DNA from: Octopus sinensis
Taxonomy: Eukaryota
Assembly: GCF_006345805.1 (NCBI RefSeq)
Contig: NC_043000.1
Coordinates: 24,366,001-24,430,000 of the forward strand
Direction of reading: 5' to 3'
DNA: 64,000 bases
The notes below the pieces were generated by a model. It was not told where the DNA came from. It saw only the letters and a list, made by a program, of their open reading frames with translations, and searched no databases. The stretch's first letter is position 1, and the number at the start of each line of letters is the position of its first letter. This document shows, in pieces, positions 24,896 to 37,557 of the stretch. The translations under genes were made by a program, and so were the position numbers.

Positions 24896-26265
24896 TATTT
24901 ACAGACAAAAAATGGTTGTTTGTGGAATTGGCAGGAATAACAGAACTAAATTAATGCATGTGTTACAGATTTATAGTCCACTGTTCTTGTTCTACTCACA
25001 TAAGCTCCACCATTTTCAACCCCCACCAGAATTATTTAAAAAGTACCAAAATACAAGCCTGGTTCCAGCAACTCTATCCATTTTCAAACAAAAGTCAGTC
25101 TAGTGCTTAGACAAAATAAATCAATATGAGAAAGAAGAACATGGTTATGGACATGGTTATTTGAATCTAAGAATAGTTTTTTTTTTTTTTTTAGTAGCCC
25201 CTTAACCCTTTCTGATTCTGAAAGTGTTGGAGGGAAGGAGTTAAGAAGCATCAAGTGAATACTTTTGGATAGTACTTGTCAGATGCCATGAACCTACTAA
25301 ATCCATCATCAGAATCATTAAGCTACATGACATCCTTCCCTCTTCTATGAAAATAAAGGGTAGGGATAGGGATTAAGAATAGGGGCCTAAAAGACCTGCC
25401 TTAATGACTTTTGGAGGAGAAGAGACTGTCTGGAGAGTGGTGGATATATTATTAGCAGAGGTTGAAGAGAAGGTCAACTAAAAGCCAAATTAAAGGGAGG
25501 AATGGAAAAAAGGGTCAGCAAGATGCCAAACCAATTACCATCAGCAGTTAAAATACTTAAAAAAAAAGTAATTACAGCGGCAAAATTAATGGCAATTATA
25601 AATAATATGCATAAAATATTAGGCAGGTTTCCCAACTTTCCTACAAAGGAAAGATAAGTATATTTCTCAAATTACATACACAACACAATACCTGCAGTGT
25701 GTGTGTGTGTGTGTGTGTGTGATACAAGCTTCCAGTTTGGACGTGTGCCAATAAATAAATTAACCATCCATGATTATTAACCAGCAAATTCTTTATGGTT
25801 GCATGTACATTGATGAACAGATGCACAAATGTGTAACACAGAGCTACCAGATTTACACAAGTGCACACAGCTGCAAATAACTAATCTATTTTGATTCTTT
25901 GAACAGGTGTTACACATACTACAAGTGTGAGAATGCAACCCTCATTTCTTTACTCCTAACTTTTTTCAAACTACATAAGACTAGACTTATGGGAATGTGC
26001 AGATAGTTATTCTTATATTAATGTATTCATTGAATTTGCAGCTTCACATCTATTTAAAAAAAAAAACTCAATAAATTGTGTGTGTGTTGGAGAAGGAAAA
26101 AAGTTTCTTATTTAAATGAGGGATGCATTTTGATAAAACAGGAATATTTAAGGAAATGATGCAGTTTTTAATCTCCATGAAATGCAGGAGTGCAATTTTC
26201 AAGTCTCATGCCGGTACTTTTTATGTTGGGAAAATACCCCCCCCCCACACACACACACATACAAT

Positions 26266-26418
26266 GGGCTTCTTCCAGTTTCCAGTTACCAAATCCACTG
26301 ACAAGGCTTTGGTTGGTTTGAGGATTTAGTAGAAATCACTTGCCCAAAGTGCCATGTAGTGGGACTGAACCCGAAACCATGTGGTTGGGAAGCAGGCTTC
26401 TTACCACACAGCCACGCC

Positions 26419-26421
<3 letters not shown>
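26266..26421 (-). mobile_element. SINE family A head and core
   Basis: gggcttcttccagtttcc...gtgggactgaacccgaaaccatgtggttgggaagcaggcttcttaccacacagccac. Confidence 0.88.
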
Positions 26422-26462
<41 letters not shown>

Positions 26463-26691
26463 ACTATATGTGGATTGTTGGCAATTTTTTTCCTCCGTCT
26501 TCCTTTTCTCTTGGACTTTCCTCCAAATCCTGTTTCTGAAGAGGAGCTTTGCTTGAAATGTAAAACAACCTTTCTTTCCTTCCCTGACAATCTTTTAATA
26601 CTTTGCATGTACAACGTCCTTGTGTTGATATTTTTTTCTTGTGATCTTTCTTTGTTTTTTTTTCTTGGATTAATTATATATATATATAGTT

Positions 26692-27085
26692 GCAGGAGTG
26701 GCTGTGTGGTAAGAAGATTGCTTACCAGCCACATGGTTCTGGGTTCAGTCCCACTGCGTGGACCAAGTGTCTTCTACTATAGTCTCAGGCTGACCAAAGC
26801 CTTGTGAGTGGATTTGGCAGACGGAAACTGAAAGAAGCCCGTCATATATATATATATATATATGACGGGCTTCTTTCATATGTATGTATATGTTTGTTTG
26901 TATATGTTTGACAACCGATGCTGGGATGTTTATGTCCCCATAACTTAGCATTTCTGCAAAAGGGGCCGATACAATAAGTGCTAGGCTTACAAAGAATAAG
27001 ACTTGGGGTTGATTTGCTTGACTAAAAGTGGTGCTCCAGCATGGCTGCGGCCAAATGACTGAAACAAGTAAAAGAATAAAAGAAT
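26692..27085 (+). mobile_element. Full-length SINE family A
   Basis: gcaggagtggctgtgtggtaag...ggtgctccagcatggctgcggccaaatgactgaaacaagtaaaagaataaaag. Confidence 0.9.
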
Positions 27086-27672
27086 ATATATATATATCAT
27101 CTAATGTCCATTTTCCATGCTGGCATTATGTGTGTGTGTGTGTGTAAGCACACACACACAAATACACATCATCATTGTTTTACATCTACTTTCTATGGTA
27201 GCATAGACTGGATGCTGGAGAGTGAATGTAAAACAATGATGCTGATGATGTCAACAATATATATGCATGTGTCAGTCTGTCTGTCTATCTCGCTATCTAA
27301 AATATGATACCTTATTATTTGATAATGAACAAACTACGAGAAGTTGGTGGTGGTGGTGATGGCGATAATAGCAGTAGAGTGCTTTGTTTGTTAGATAACC
27401 GAAATGATGCATGATAAGAAAAATTGGTCTGGAGCTAATATGATACCAACAATATTTAAGATGACAGAGCAAAGAATATCAAGATACATATTTTTTTGAT
27501 TACAGAGATGAGAGATGACAAGGAATGGGGGTAAACTGTATTTTATCGAGATACAAGATGCAGTTTATCAATCTGTTCTGATAATTAGAATTTTCGAAGA
27601 TGTTACTATGATAGTTTGTTTAGTGGTGGGGTAAAAAAACTAGAACATGACAAAGTAATAAATAAATAAATA

Positions 27673-28050
27673 TAGGTGCGGGCGTGGTTGTATGGTAAGA
27701 AGTTTGCTTCCCAACCACATGGTCCTGGGTTCAGTCCCATTGTATGGCACCTTGGGCAAGTGTCTTCTACAATAGCCTCGAACCAACCAAACCCTCATGA
27801 GTGGATTTGGTAGATGGAAGCTGAAGGGAGCCCTTTGTGTGTGTATATGTGTGTGTGCCTTTGTGCTCTCCACCACATGGTAACTGGTGTTGGTTTGTTT
27901 ATTGTCCCTGTGAATTAGTAGTCTGGCAAAAGAGAATGATAGAATAAGCACCAGGAATATTGGAGTTGATTCATTCGACTGAAAATTCTTCAGGGTAGTG
28001 CTCCAGCATGATCGCAGTTTAATGACTGAAACAAGTAAAAGATAAAAGAA
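27673..28050 (+). mobile_element. Full-length SINE family A, more diverged
   Basis: Head gcgggcgtggttgtatggtaag through tail atgactgaaacaagtaaaagataaaag. Confidence 0.85.
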
Positions 28051-28458
28051 AAAGCTAATCATGTTTGAATAAGATCTTTCGTGTCCTGATTCCAAGGACT
28101 CAGAGCTGGTCAGCATGGTTTACATGTCATGTAAGTGACCAAGATCACAACACTCCCTCTGAATGGGACACCGGTCCATCATATGGTGACTCATTTTACA
28201 ACTAAGTAAAACTGAAACAATGTGAAATGAAGTGTTTTGATCAAGAACTCAATGCACTGCTTGGTCTGGGAATTGAAACCACAATCTTTTGTTTCTGAAT
28301 GCAACACCCTAACCACAAGGCCAGAAGCTTATTTGAGTAGGTTGTTACTAAAGTTTCAATATTTAGCCACTGACTTAGTAGAAACCTACAAAGTTATTCA
28401 CCATCTTTTCAACAATAACAACACCAACTTCTGCTGGTCACCTTTATGAATTCATTAA

Positions 28459-28679
28459 CCCTTTTGTTACTGCATTTATTTTGAGATGCTTTGTGTTTCT
28501 CTCAATTATTTTAAATATAACAAAGAATTTAGTAAAATAACTTAGTTATCATTAAGCTAGTGTTAGGAACATAAATTGTGACTAAGGTTTGGTGGAAGAT
28601 TTTAATTCAAAACTTATGAAAACAAGACATTTGTACTACAGAGCCAGAGCCGGTTTCAGCCGGGTTGGTAACGAAAGGG
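28459..28679 (-). mobile_element. piggyBac-type MITE, family P1
   Basis: ttaa|cccttttgttac...gtaacgaaaggg|ttaa. Confidence 0.9.
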
Positions 28680-29274
28680 TTAATATTTCCCCATGGGCAG
28701 ACATTTTTCTCAAGCAAGACCAGAAACATACAAAATTAGCTTTACACATAATGTCAAGGCAAGGGTATAAACACACACACACACACACACACAGCTGATG
28801 AGCTTTTATAGTTTCTCTCTACCCAATTTCACAAACAAAGTTTGGATTTGCCCAAAGTTATAATAAAAATACTTGCCTAAAATGCCAAGCGGTGGTATTG
28901 AACCCAGGACTTCATGGTCGTGAAGCAAAGCCCTTAACTATTCAGCTACACTTACAAGACACTCTACTTCTAAACCTAAATATAATACTTTTTGTGCATC
29001 AAATGTTTGTGAGCTCTTCATATTTTTAGGTCATGCAATATCATACACGCATATCATTTTCTTTTCTTTTAGTGGAAATGGCAAGGAATGATCTTATATA
29101 CAAAGTCTTAGAGGATTTTGTTCTTGGAGACCATGAATTTAGGTTAACATTAGAATACATAAATAATCTAGAGAAAATTGGCACAAAATTTCAGTTGTTT
29201 CCAACACTTTCTAAAATTAAAGTATGGTCTATAATTAATTAAACATCTAATTTATGAAGGAAATTCCCACATGA

Positions 29275-29830
29275 TAATAATCCTTTCTACCAAAGGCACA
29301 AGGCCTGAAATTTGGGGGGAGGGAACTAGTCAATTACAGTGATCCCAGTGCTTAACAGGTACATATTTCATTGACCCCAAAAGGATGAAAGGCAAAGCTG
29401 ACCTTGGCGGTATTTGAACTCAGAACATCAAGACAGGCGAAATGCTGCAAAGTACTATGCCTGATATGCTAGCAATCCTAGCTAGCCACCTTACAATAAT
29501 AATAATCCTTTCTACTTGAGGCACAACCCCAGTGTTTCACTGGTACTTAATTTATTGACCCCAAAAGGATGAAAGGCAAAGTCAACCTTGGTGGAATTTG
29601 AACACAGAACATAAAGATGAACAAATATTTTCTGATTTAGGCACAAGGATAGCAATTTTTGAGGAGAAGGAGATTAGATGATCCTGTTAACCCCAGTACT
29701 TGACTGTAACTTTATTTTATTAACCCCTACCACCACCACCACTACACACACACACTCCAGAAAAGATGAAAGACAAAACTGACTTTGGCAGGATTTGAAC
29801 TCAGAATCTATGGAGATGGAATCTATGGGG
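29275..29830 (-). mobile_element. Stack of three SINE family B copies
   Basis: Three aatcctttctac/ggcacaagg...ggatgaaaggcaaag...atttgaactcagaa units joined by aataat. Confidence 0.8.
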
Positions 29831-30782
29831 ATGGCAGAGAAAGAGTGGTGAAGGTGGGATTCGGGTATACTAATCTGCATAATACTAAGATAAGCTGCGT
29901 TGTTTTATCTTCTGAAGTTAATCTAACTGTAAAACAAGCAGAGTAGCAGAGACCTGAGCATGGACAAGTAGTCCTAGTACAGCTAGAGGAAAGACATCGG
30001 AAGATAAGCCGAAAGTGCTATAATTCATACAAAATACAAACTATTCAAATTTTAGAAAAAAAATAAAAAACATCCAAAATATGTTGGCATGAAAAATGGA
30101 TGCAAAATTATTTAGGAAAACGAAAGAAAAAACATAAAACAACAAAAGGAATGGGGAATGCAAAATGTTCTTTTGGGGAAGAATAATGTTTCTGATTGGA
30201 TCAATCTTAGCAAATTACTAACATTTTCTTTTATTGATGACAATAAAAGGACGAGATACCAGAATTGATTCTAAATTACACAGAAATGAATAGAGTTGGG
30301 AAAAAAAAAAGAAAATATTTTTTTTACAAATTAAAAAATTCCTTGAAAGCTGTATGTTCTAGTGTCAATGAGAAGAGAAAATTTAATTTTAATTGATTTA
30401 ACCAATGAAAGAAACTGAAATTATTCAATCAAATGATCAAATTTGGTCCTTAAAATTGATGTGTAGACATTGGAGGGAAAAAAAACCCCATTCCATTAAT
30501 GTGAAAATGATTGCATAATGACAATCACTTCTCGCTTCTCTTGTTAAGAGCTTCACTTTTTAATATTCCTGGTGTCATTTTAAATTTATATATCTTTATT
30601 ATTACAGAGCACTAGAAGGACTAAAGTTGGTGTGTGTTATTCTGTTATGTGTTTCAGCCCTAAGGCTGTGGCCATGCTGGGGCACTTGTCAGTGTAATCA
30701 CCTTTTAATTGGCCAATTCTATATGATTGGCTTTTGGTGAAGGAGTTTGGCACTGCTACCCTCTTCTGAGTTTCCTCCTTGA

Positions 30783-30932
30783 TATTGGTTCATTTGAGAT
30801 CTTGGACAGCAAGAGGTCAAATTGTTTCTTGAAAACATCTACCCCCTCTCCATGGAGATCCCTCATATATTTTGGCAAGGAGTTAAATAGCTGTGGGTCC
30901 TTGAATCCCAAGCTATTGCAGTACATGGTCCT
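30783..30932 (-). mobile_element. CR1/L2-group (Daphne/Crack-like) LINE ORF2 C-terminal fragment
   Basis: Translation RTMYCNSLGFKDPQLFNSLPKYMRDLHGEGVDVFKKQFDLLLSKISNEPI matches the NS...GP.LFNSLP..R......FK..LD..L..I.DEP motif of these LINE ends. Confidence 0.75.
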
Positions 30933-31209
30933 CACTATAGAGTATTTTTATCTTTTCTTTGTTTTAATCATTGGACTTGCAGCCATACTGGAGCACCACC
31001 TTGAAAGGTTTAACCAAACAAATAAACACCAGCACTTATTTTTTCAAGTGAAGTCTGGTACTTAATCTATAAATCTCTTTTGCTGAGCTGCTAAGTTACA
31101 GGGACTTAAACAAACTAACACTAATTCTTCCCACTTAGAATGTTATCCTTCAGAAAGCCTCTGTCTGCAATATGTCTTCCCTGCAGTTGTCAGCTTGCAA
31201 AACATTTAA

Positions 31210-31427
31210 CCCTTTCGTTACTATATTTATTTTGAGAAGCTCTGTCTTTCTTTCAATTACTTTAAATATAACAAAGAATTAATTAAAATAACAGTTATCA
31301 ATAAGCTAGTGTTAGGAACATAAATTGTGACTAAGGCTTGGTGGAAGATTTTAATTCAGAACTTATGAAAACAAGACATTAGTATTCAGAGCCAGAGCTG
31401 GTTTCAGCCGGGTTGGTAACGAAAGGG
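31210..31427 (-). mobile_element. piggyBac-type MITE, family P1
   Basis: ttaa|ccctttcgttac...gtaacgaaaggg|ttaa, 12-bp perfect TIR. Confidence 0.92.
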
Positions 31428-31969
31428 TTAAGAGGCAACATGTAGTTCATATAGCTGGTCCTGTCAGACTATGTTGATACAGTCCCTACCGCCAGACCAA
31501 GCCATCGAGAACAAATAAACAAAAACACTAAGATCGGCCTGTTGCAGAATTCATTATCTATAAAGACCAAATGCTTGTAATTTACAGAGAATTATACACA
31601 CATTTAATTTTATGCATGGATACAAACATACATTCATACATGTGTATGTGTACATACTCTGACCCACACACATGTGCACAAACAAACAAAAAGAAGGTAG
31701 CTTGGATAATGGCCAGAGTCAAAGACTATTGAAAAGGTGGCAAGACACAACGAAAATTTTAGGAAAAATAAATGTGTAAATGAAATGGAAAGTTTTAATG
31801 TTAATACCTTTTCCGAATTCCTCAACAACACAAGAAACATTATATAGCTAAACCAAGAATTAAAACTGGGTTATTAACTCAGGTGGCTAAGAATATAACT
31901 CTTCTGTGTTCATTGCTTAACACAAAAGGATCAAAATCTAAAATTTTTCAATTGAAATGTCATGAACAA

Positions 31970-32050
31970 ATAGTAGTAGTAGTGGTGTTGGCAGCGGCGA
32001 TAGCAGTAGCAGTAGTTGTAGTAGTAGTAGTAGTAGTAATTGCCATTATC
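31970..32050. repeat. (GTA)n/(GCA)n microsatellite
   Basis: Direct reading. Confidence 0.9.
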
Positions 32051-32054
32051 ATAA

Positions 32055-32420
32055 TTGGTGTTAAGAAAGGCAACCTGGCATTTGGAAGGACGTCCAGCTG
32101 TAGAAACTCTGCCAGATCAAGATTGGAGCCTGGTGCAGCCATCTGATTCGCCAGTCCTCAGTCAAATCGTCCAACCCATGCCAGCATGGAAAGCAGACGT
32201 TAAACGATGATAATGATGATGATGATCTTCATTGTTTTGACATCTACTTTTTTCATGCTTGCATGAGTCAGACAGAAAATGTCAAGGCAGATTTTCCATG
32301 GCTGGACGCCCTTCTCATTACCAATTCTTATCTGTTTTCCTAGCAGAGAAATATTTCTTGAAGGAAGACTGGAAATGAACGGCAGCGCTTGTATAACTGT
32401 GATGATCATTTACAATTGGT
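32055..32420. mobile_element. Two family C tails, tail to tail, sharing a (GAT)/(ATC) run
   Basis: Plus copy ...aagcagacgttaaacgatgataatgatg, then minus copy gacatctactttttcatgcttgcatg...ggacgcccttctcattaccaattc. Confidence 0.7.
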
Positions 32421-32699
32421 GCAAGATGTCAAGACAAGAGTAGAGAAATGTGCGTGGGAACCACACACACATTCGATGAGCTTCTTTCAGTTTTTGCCTA
32501 TCAAACCCACTTGTAAGGATTTGGTCAGTTGGGGGCTAAAGTAGAAGACACTTGCCCAAAGTGTGATACAATGGGACTGAACCTGAGATCACATGGTTGG
32601 GAAGCAAGCTTCTTACCTACACAGCCTATGAAGAAGGTATTTCCCTAAAATATGAAAAACCGAAATTATTTCAGTGAAATATTAAATGTTCTTTTTTAC

Positions 32700-33068
32700 T
32701 CTAGGCACAAGGCCTGAAATTTTGGGGGAGGGGGCCAGTCGATTAGATCGACCCCAATATGCAAATGGTACGTAATTTATCGACCCCAAAAGGATGAAAG
32801 GAAAAGCTGACCAGCGCGAAATTTGAACTCAGACGAAATACCTATTTCTTTACTACCCACAAGGGGCTAAACACAGAGGGGACAAACAAGGACAGACAAA
32901 CGGATTAAGTCGATCACATCAACCCCAGTGCGTAACTGGTACTTAATTTATCGACCCCGAAAGGATGAAAGGCAAAGTCGATCTCAGCGGAATTTGAACT
33001 CGGAACATAAAGACAGACGAAATACCACTAAGCATTTTGCCTGGCGTGCTAATGTTTCTGCCAGCTCA
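32700..33068 (-). mobile_element. Dimeric SINE family B (head, core, tail 1, core, tail 2)
   Basis: Two atcgacccc...ggatgaaagg cores; cagacgaaata occurs at 32831 and 33014. Confidence 0.85.
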
Positions 33069-33799
33069 TGAAATTAAGACAATGAAAAAGAAATTTTAAA
33101 ACTGTAGTTTAGAAGCCATTACTCTATGGTTAGATAAACCATGAAGTTCAGAAACACCTAATTAGAACAATTCTCAATTAATGATTCGCATGTTCTAATG
33201 ACAGTGTACCTGTGAGTAAATTGCCAAATAATTTCAGGTTTGAAGATTACAGGTTTTTACAAGACGATTTCACACAGAAATATCACTTACATTTGACTAT
33301 ATTAGAACTGATGTATCATCAAAAGTATTTATAGTTGGCAGTAATCCCCGAAAAACAGCAAGATACTATAAAATGTGTATTTATGTATTTCTATCATTTC
33401 ATTCATGCATGTGTGTAGTAATGTGTCATATATATGGGAATGCTTGTAACTTCTCTTCCCAGGCGGATTTGATTTGATTGTTGTGGCCAGTCAGTTTTTG
33501 TCAAAGCATTATTGAAAGTGTAGAAGTGTCCAATCCAAAAGTTTGATTAATCCCTGGCTTTACAAGTTATAATGATCATTTAAATTAGATTTATCTAAGA
33601 GAAGCTGTAGCTATTCATATCAGTTCTCCATAGACTACATTGGCCTATGACTACTTTTTAAAAAATATTTTATCTACCCTGGTGTAATTGCATTAGTGCA
33701 TTAGCTTGGAATCTTTATTTCAGCTTAAAACATAAGTTGAACTAACGTTTAAGGAAACTACCTCTCATCTTTGTATGACTGAATGGGTTAATATTGCAC

Positions 33800-34170
33800 A
33801 AATGATGTTGGCATCAATTTTGAAGTCCATCCAAGACTTGGCCCCCGTGCTATATCCCCCACTACAAATATCGAACTCGGTAGACATAGCAACATTACGT
33901 CACAATTCCTTTACCTCAACCGGTCCGGCTATCTTTAATACCACACCAAAATACATCAAAACGGAAACGGATCCCATAAAATTCACTGGACAAATTTCTC
34001 CAAAAAATCTCAGACCAGCCTCCTACACCCTGATATGTCTCCAACAATAATAACTCTTTGCTAGAGTGGGCCATGGTGCCCCATATATGACTAAAAGACT
34101 TCACCAAGCGGTGCTATTGAGTTAGACACGGCCTGGGCCTATACTGGCTGAAACCTTTCAAAGTTACCAA
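33800..34170 (+). mobile_element. CR1/L2-group LINE 3' end
   Basis: ATLRHNSFTSTGPAIFNTTPKYIK, frameshift, then SLDKFLQKISDQPPTP*YVSNNNNSLLEW; short 3' UTR. Confidence 0.75.
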
Positions 34171-34641
34171 AGTTATGTATGTGTGCGTGAGAGATTAATT
34201 GAGGTTATTAATTTGAAGTTAGTTCAAGAATAGTAAAGTGTATTTATTGATGGAGTAATTCACTGCTGAGAGTAGAGTTTCAGTAGAGTTAAATTCACTT
34301 CTGAAGTTGACTGGAACAAGTTTCAACTTACAGCTTATTCTATCAGACAAGTTGAATAAACTATTTGGTGAAGCGTGTGTGTGTGTGTGTGTGTTACTGT
34401 CTCCTTGCTTTGTTAATCACGTGATATTTATAAACAAATGTCACTCACATGCAAGTGGAATCCTTTGTTTTCAGTTTTCTGTGGAAATGTTTAGTCAAGG
34501 GGAATATTGTTCTACTTGTAAACAAACAGGTGAGAATTGGTGTCAGGAAAGATATCTGGCAGCTGGAAATTTGCCTCAACAAATTCCATCCAACCCATGC
34601 CAGCATGGAAAAGTGGACATTAAATTGATGATATACACACA

Positions 34642-34672
<31 letters not shown>

Positions 34673-34949
34673 ATATATATATATATATATTTTCATTTAG
34701 AGATAGTAGGCCCCTTCATCTCACCATGTAAAACAAATTTAATTTAAATACTTACTACTTTATAACTTGGTTACACGTGTTTCATGAGGTACATTTCCCA
34801 GTTCCTTAATCACGCCGTATTTTGCTGGAACCATTCATAAAATATAACTCCAATCATCAGGCCCCTATATCACTTTCTCATAGTTTGATACTATAAACTA
34901 TATTTTAATTTTTTAAACAAACAAGTATGTTTTATATACACATATATAT

Positions 34950-35065
34950 ATAAACTCTGCCAGATCAAGATTTAAGCCTGGTGCAGCCATCTGGTTCACC
35001 AGCCCTCAGTCACACGTCCAACCCATACTAGCATGGAAAGCGGACGTTAAAAGATGATGATGATA
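34950..35065 (+). mobile_element. Family C RTE-type tail
   Basis: aaactctgccagatcaagatttaagcctggtgcagcc...gcatggaaagcggacgttaaaagatgatgatgat. Confidence 0.85.
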
Positions 35066-35959
35066 TAAAACAAATTTGTACAGGTGTGTACGTGTGTATA
35101 AATGTGTGTGTGTGAGTGTAAAAGCATGAATGTATGTATATGGATATATATATGTGCATATGTATATATAAATATGTGTGTGTGTGTAAAGACATGAATG
35201 TATATATATGCATATGTACATTTATATGTGCATGTGTAAGCATCAAGATCTGACCATACTAAAGAAAAAACAGAATATGTAGTGAGGTAAATGGGTAACA
35301 TTAGGGATAATAATAATTAATGTAATTAATAAAGTGTCCCCTGATAATTACTAACAAATCTAGATATTCCCTTCAAAGTATTCCTCAAAGTTTCAAAAAA
35401 AAAAACACCATGACTTGCACAGAATTTTGTAGAAAAATATATAAAAAAACTACATTACCAGAACTGTTATCCTGCGATAAAGCCTGCATCATTATCCACT
35501 CCATAACCGACATGATTGATCCTCGCAGAAAGAATAATTACCAGCAATGTTCCTCATTATTATGTTAATGATATGCACTGTTAATGAAGCCATTTGTGTG
35601 AATGGCTGAACATTGATGAAAGTGAAACAGAAATAGACTTCACTTCCAATGGAAAGCTGACACGCATGCCATCCAGCTGGCCAGCAAGCATAATGTAGGA
35701 GTGTGTGAATTGATGAAAAGTTCATTAACAATCTCAAATAAACCGGAACAAATTACTAATATTATAACCTGGTAACGAGATGAGCTTTTATGACTAAAAT
35801 GTTGGTCTACGTACATAAATGTCTGAAATATTTGAAAGGATTGACAATCATTATCCAGTGCAAATTTTCCTGTTTTTCTTTTCCTTTAAATTTCCAGATT
35901 TTGTACACAACCTTTTAAATAGTTCAAAAACTAACCAGAGACTGATTGATATACATATA

Positions 35960-36590
35960 TATATCATCATCATCATCATCATTATTGTCGTTTAATGTCT
36001 GCTTTCCATGCTGGCATGGGTTGGACGATTTGACTGAGGACTGATGAGCCAGAAGGCTGCATCAGGCTCAATCTGATCTGGCAAAGTTTCTACAGCTAGA
36101 TGCCCTTCTTAACACCAGCCACTCAGAGTGTACTGGGTGCTTTTACATGCCACCAGCACAAGTGCCAGTCAGTGCAGTCCTGGCAACGACCACGCTCGAA
36201 AGGTGTTTTTTACGTGCTACCTGCACAGGAGCCAGTCTGGCGGCACTGGCAACAACCACGCTCAAATGTTGTTTTCCATGTGCCACCAGCACATGTGCCG
36301 GTAAGGCAAAGCTGGCAATGATCACGCTCGAATGGTGCTTTTTACGTGCCACCAGTACAAAAGCCAATCTGTGGCCCTAGTGTTTTTTTACATGCTCGGA
36401 TGTGCTTTTAACATTCCACTGGCACGAGTGCCAATCAGGCAATACTGTCATTGGCCAAATGAGCGATTTTGATTTGATTTCACTTACCTCAATGGATCTT
36501 TGCAAGAAAAGTTTATTGTCCAATGAATGAGGGGTACTCATAAGTGGGCTGGTTACACCCCACACGACGATGTGAGCCTCCCAGCTACAT
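35960..36590 (-). mobile_element. Longer family C element including four ~60-bp hairpin units
   Basis: (CAT)n tail at 35965; gatgcccttcttaacaccagcc; repeats of ggtgcttttacatgccacc...gccag-loop-ctggc at 36135-36365; additional 5' sequence to about 36590. Confidence 0.75.
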
Positions 36591-36729
36591 TATCAGGTAA
36601 ATGTTTTCCACTATAGAATCAGGCTGACCAATACTATGTGAATGGATTTGGTAAATGAAAACTGAAAGAAGCCCATCATATTTATATGTGTGTGTAATGC
36701 ATATATATTAATATACATATGTATGTACA

Positions 36730-37030
36730 TGTATCTATGTATATCACGTGATGAGCCAGATTATCGGATGTTGTACATCGCTGGTCACAATGCACTTTTG
36801 CATTGTTTTAGCTTTTGAATGATGCCACCCTGGGTAGCTAGGCAAGCAGGCCAACATTCCTTCCCCGCTGATTGGAGAGCTTGTCTGTTGCAGAGTTTAT
36901 AGCTGAGGGAAATAGAGCAACATGGAATAAAATGTTTTCCTCAAGAACACAAAGTGCTGCCTGGCCCAGAAATTAAACCCATGATCTAGCAATCCTAAGT
37001 GCAACACCCTTACCACTAGGCTATGTGCCT
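36730..37030 (-). mobile_element. SINE family D-related copy, degraded
   Basis: cctcaagaacacaaagtgctg...aaacccatgatctagcaatcctaagtgcaacacccttaccactaggctat is the reverse complement of a tRNA-like head. Confidence 0.6.
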
Positions 37031-37230
37031 TCACAAAAAAAATATATATATATGCGTGTGTGTGTGTGATGATATGCATGTATGTATGTGTGTGTGTGTG
37101 TGTGTGTGTGCATGTGTATGTATGTATTAAGTAAGTGTAATATTGATTTGATATCAGTCTGCAGACGATCTAATTGGCAATTTACTGTGGCATCATGAGG
37201 TGAAGGCATGTAGCTAAGTGGTTCAAGTGT

Positions 37231-37557
37231 GAGGGCACGTGGCTTAGTGGTTAGGGCATTTGGCTCATGATCGTAAGGTTGTGAGTTCGATTCCCGGCGA
37301 CGCGTTGTGTCCTTGAGCAAGACACTTTATTTCACGTTGCTCCAGTCCACTCAGCTGGCAAAAATGAGTTGTACTTGTATTTCAAAGGGTCAGTCTTGTC
37401 ACTCTCTGTGTCACGCTGATTATCCCCGAGAACTACGTTAAGGGTACACGTGTCTGTGGAATGCTCAGCCATTTGCACGTTAATTTCACGAGCAAGCTGT
37501 TCCGTTGATCGTATCAGCTGGGACCCTCGTCGTCGTAACCGGCGGAGTCTTTTTTTT
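37231..37557 (+). mobile_element. Young full-length SINE family D with 16-bp target duplication
   Basis: A-box tggcttagtgg, B-box gagttcgattccc, gtgtccttgagcaagacact; taagtggttcaagtgt repeated at 37215-37230 and 37558-37573; ends in a T run. Confidence 0.92.

Noticed and set aside
24997-25110. Strong minus-strand donor tat|gtgagt with upstream acceptors (similar case near 7877)
   Set aside because: All frames are closed for the plausible acceptors, and such hexamers are expected many times by chance in 64 kb.
34765-34865. Minus-strand CTGATGA with downstream caaaa and gaaacacgtgta
   Set aside because: No closing pair for stem II and no stem I complementarity; likely chance.
35460-35760. Unique, moderately GC-rich segment with an 81-aa minus ORF and a plus-frame HAIQLASKHNVGVCELM faintly like an ankyrin repeat
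   Set aside because: No frame has both credible splice sites and an uninterrupted recognisable domain; cannot be supported without homology or RNA data.
37233-37305. Possible tRNA gene
   Set aside because: No convincing acceptor or anticodon stem; continues into a SINE body with a target duplication.
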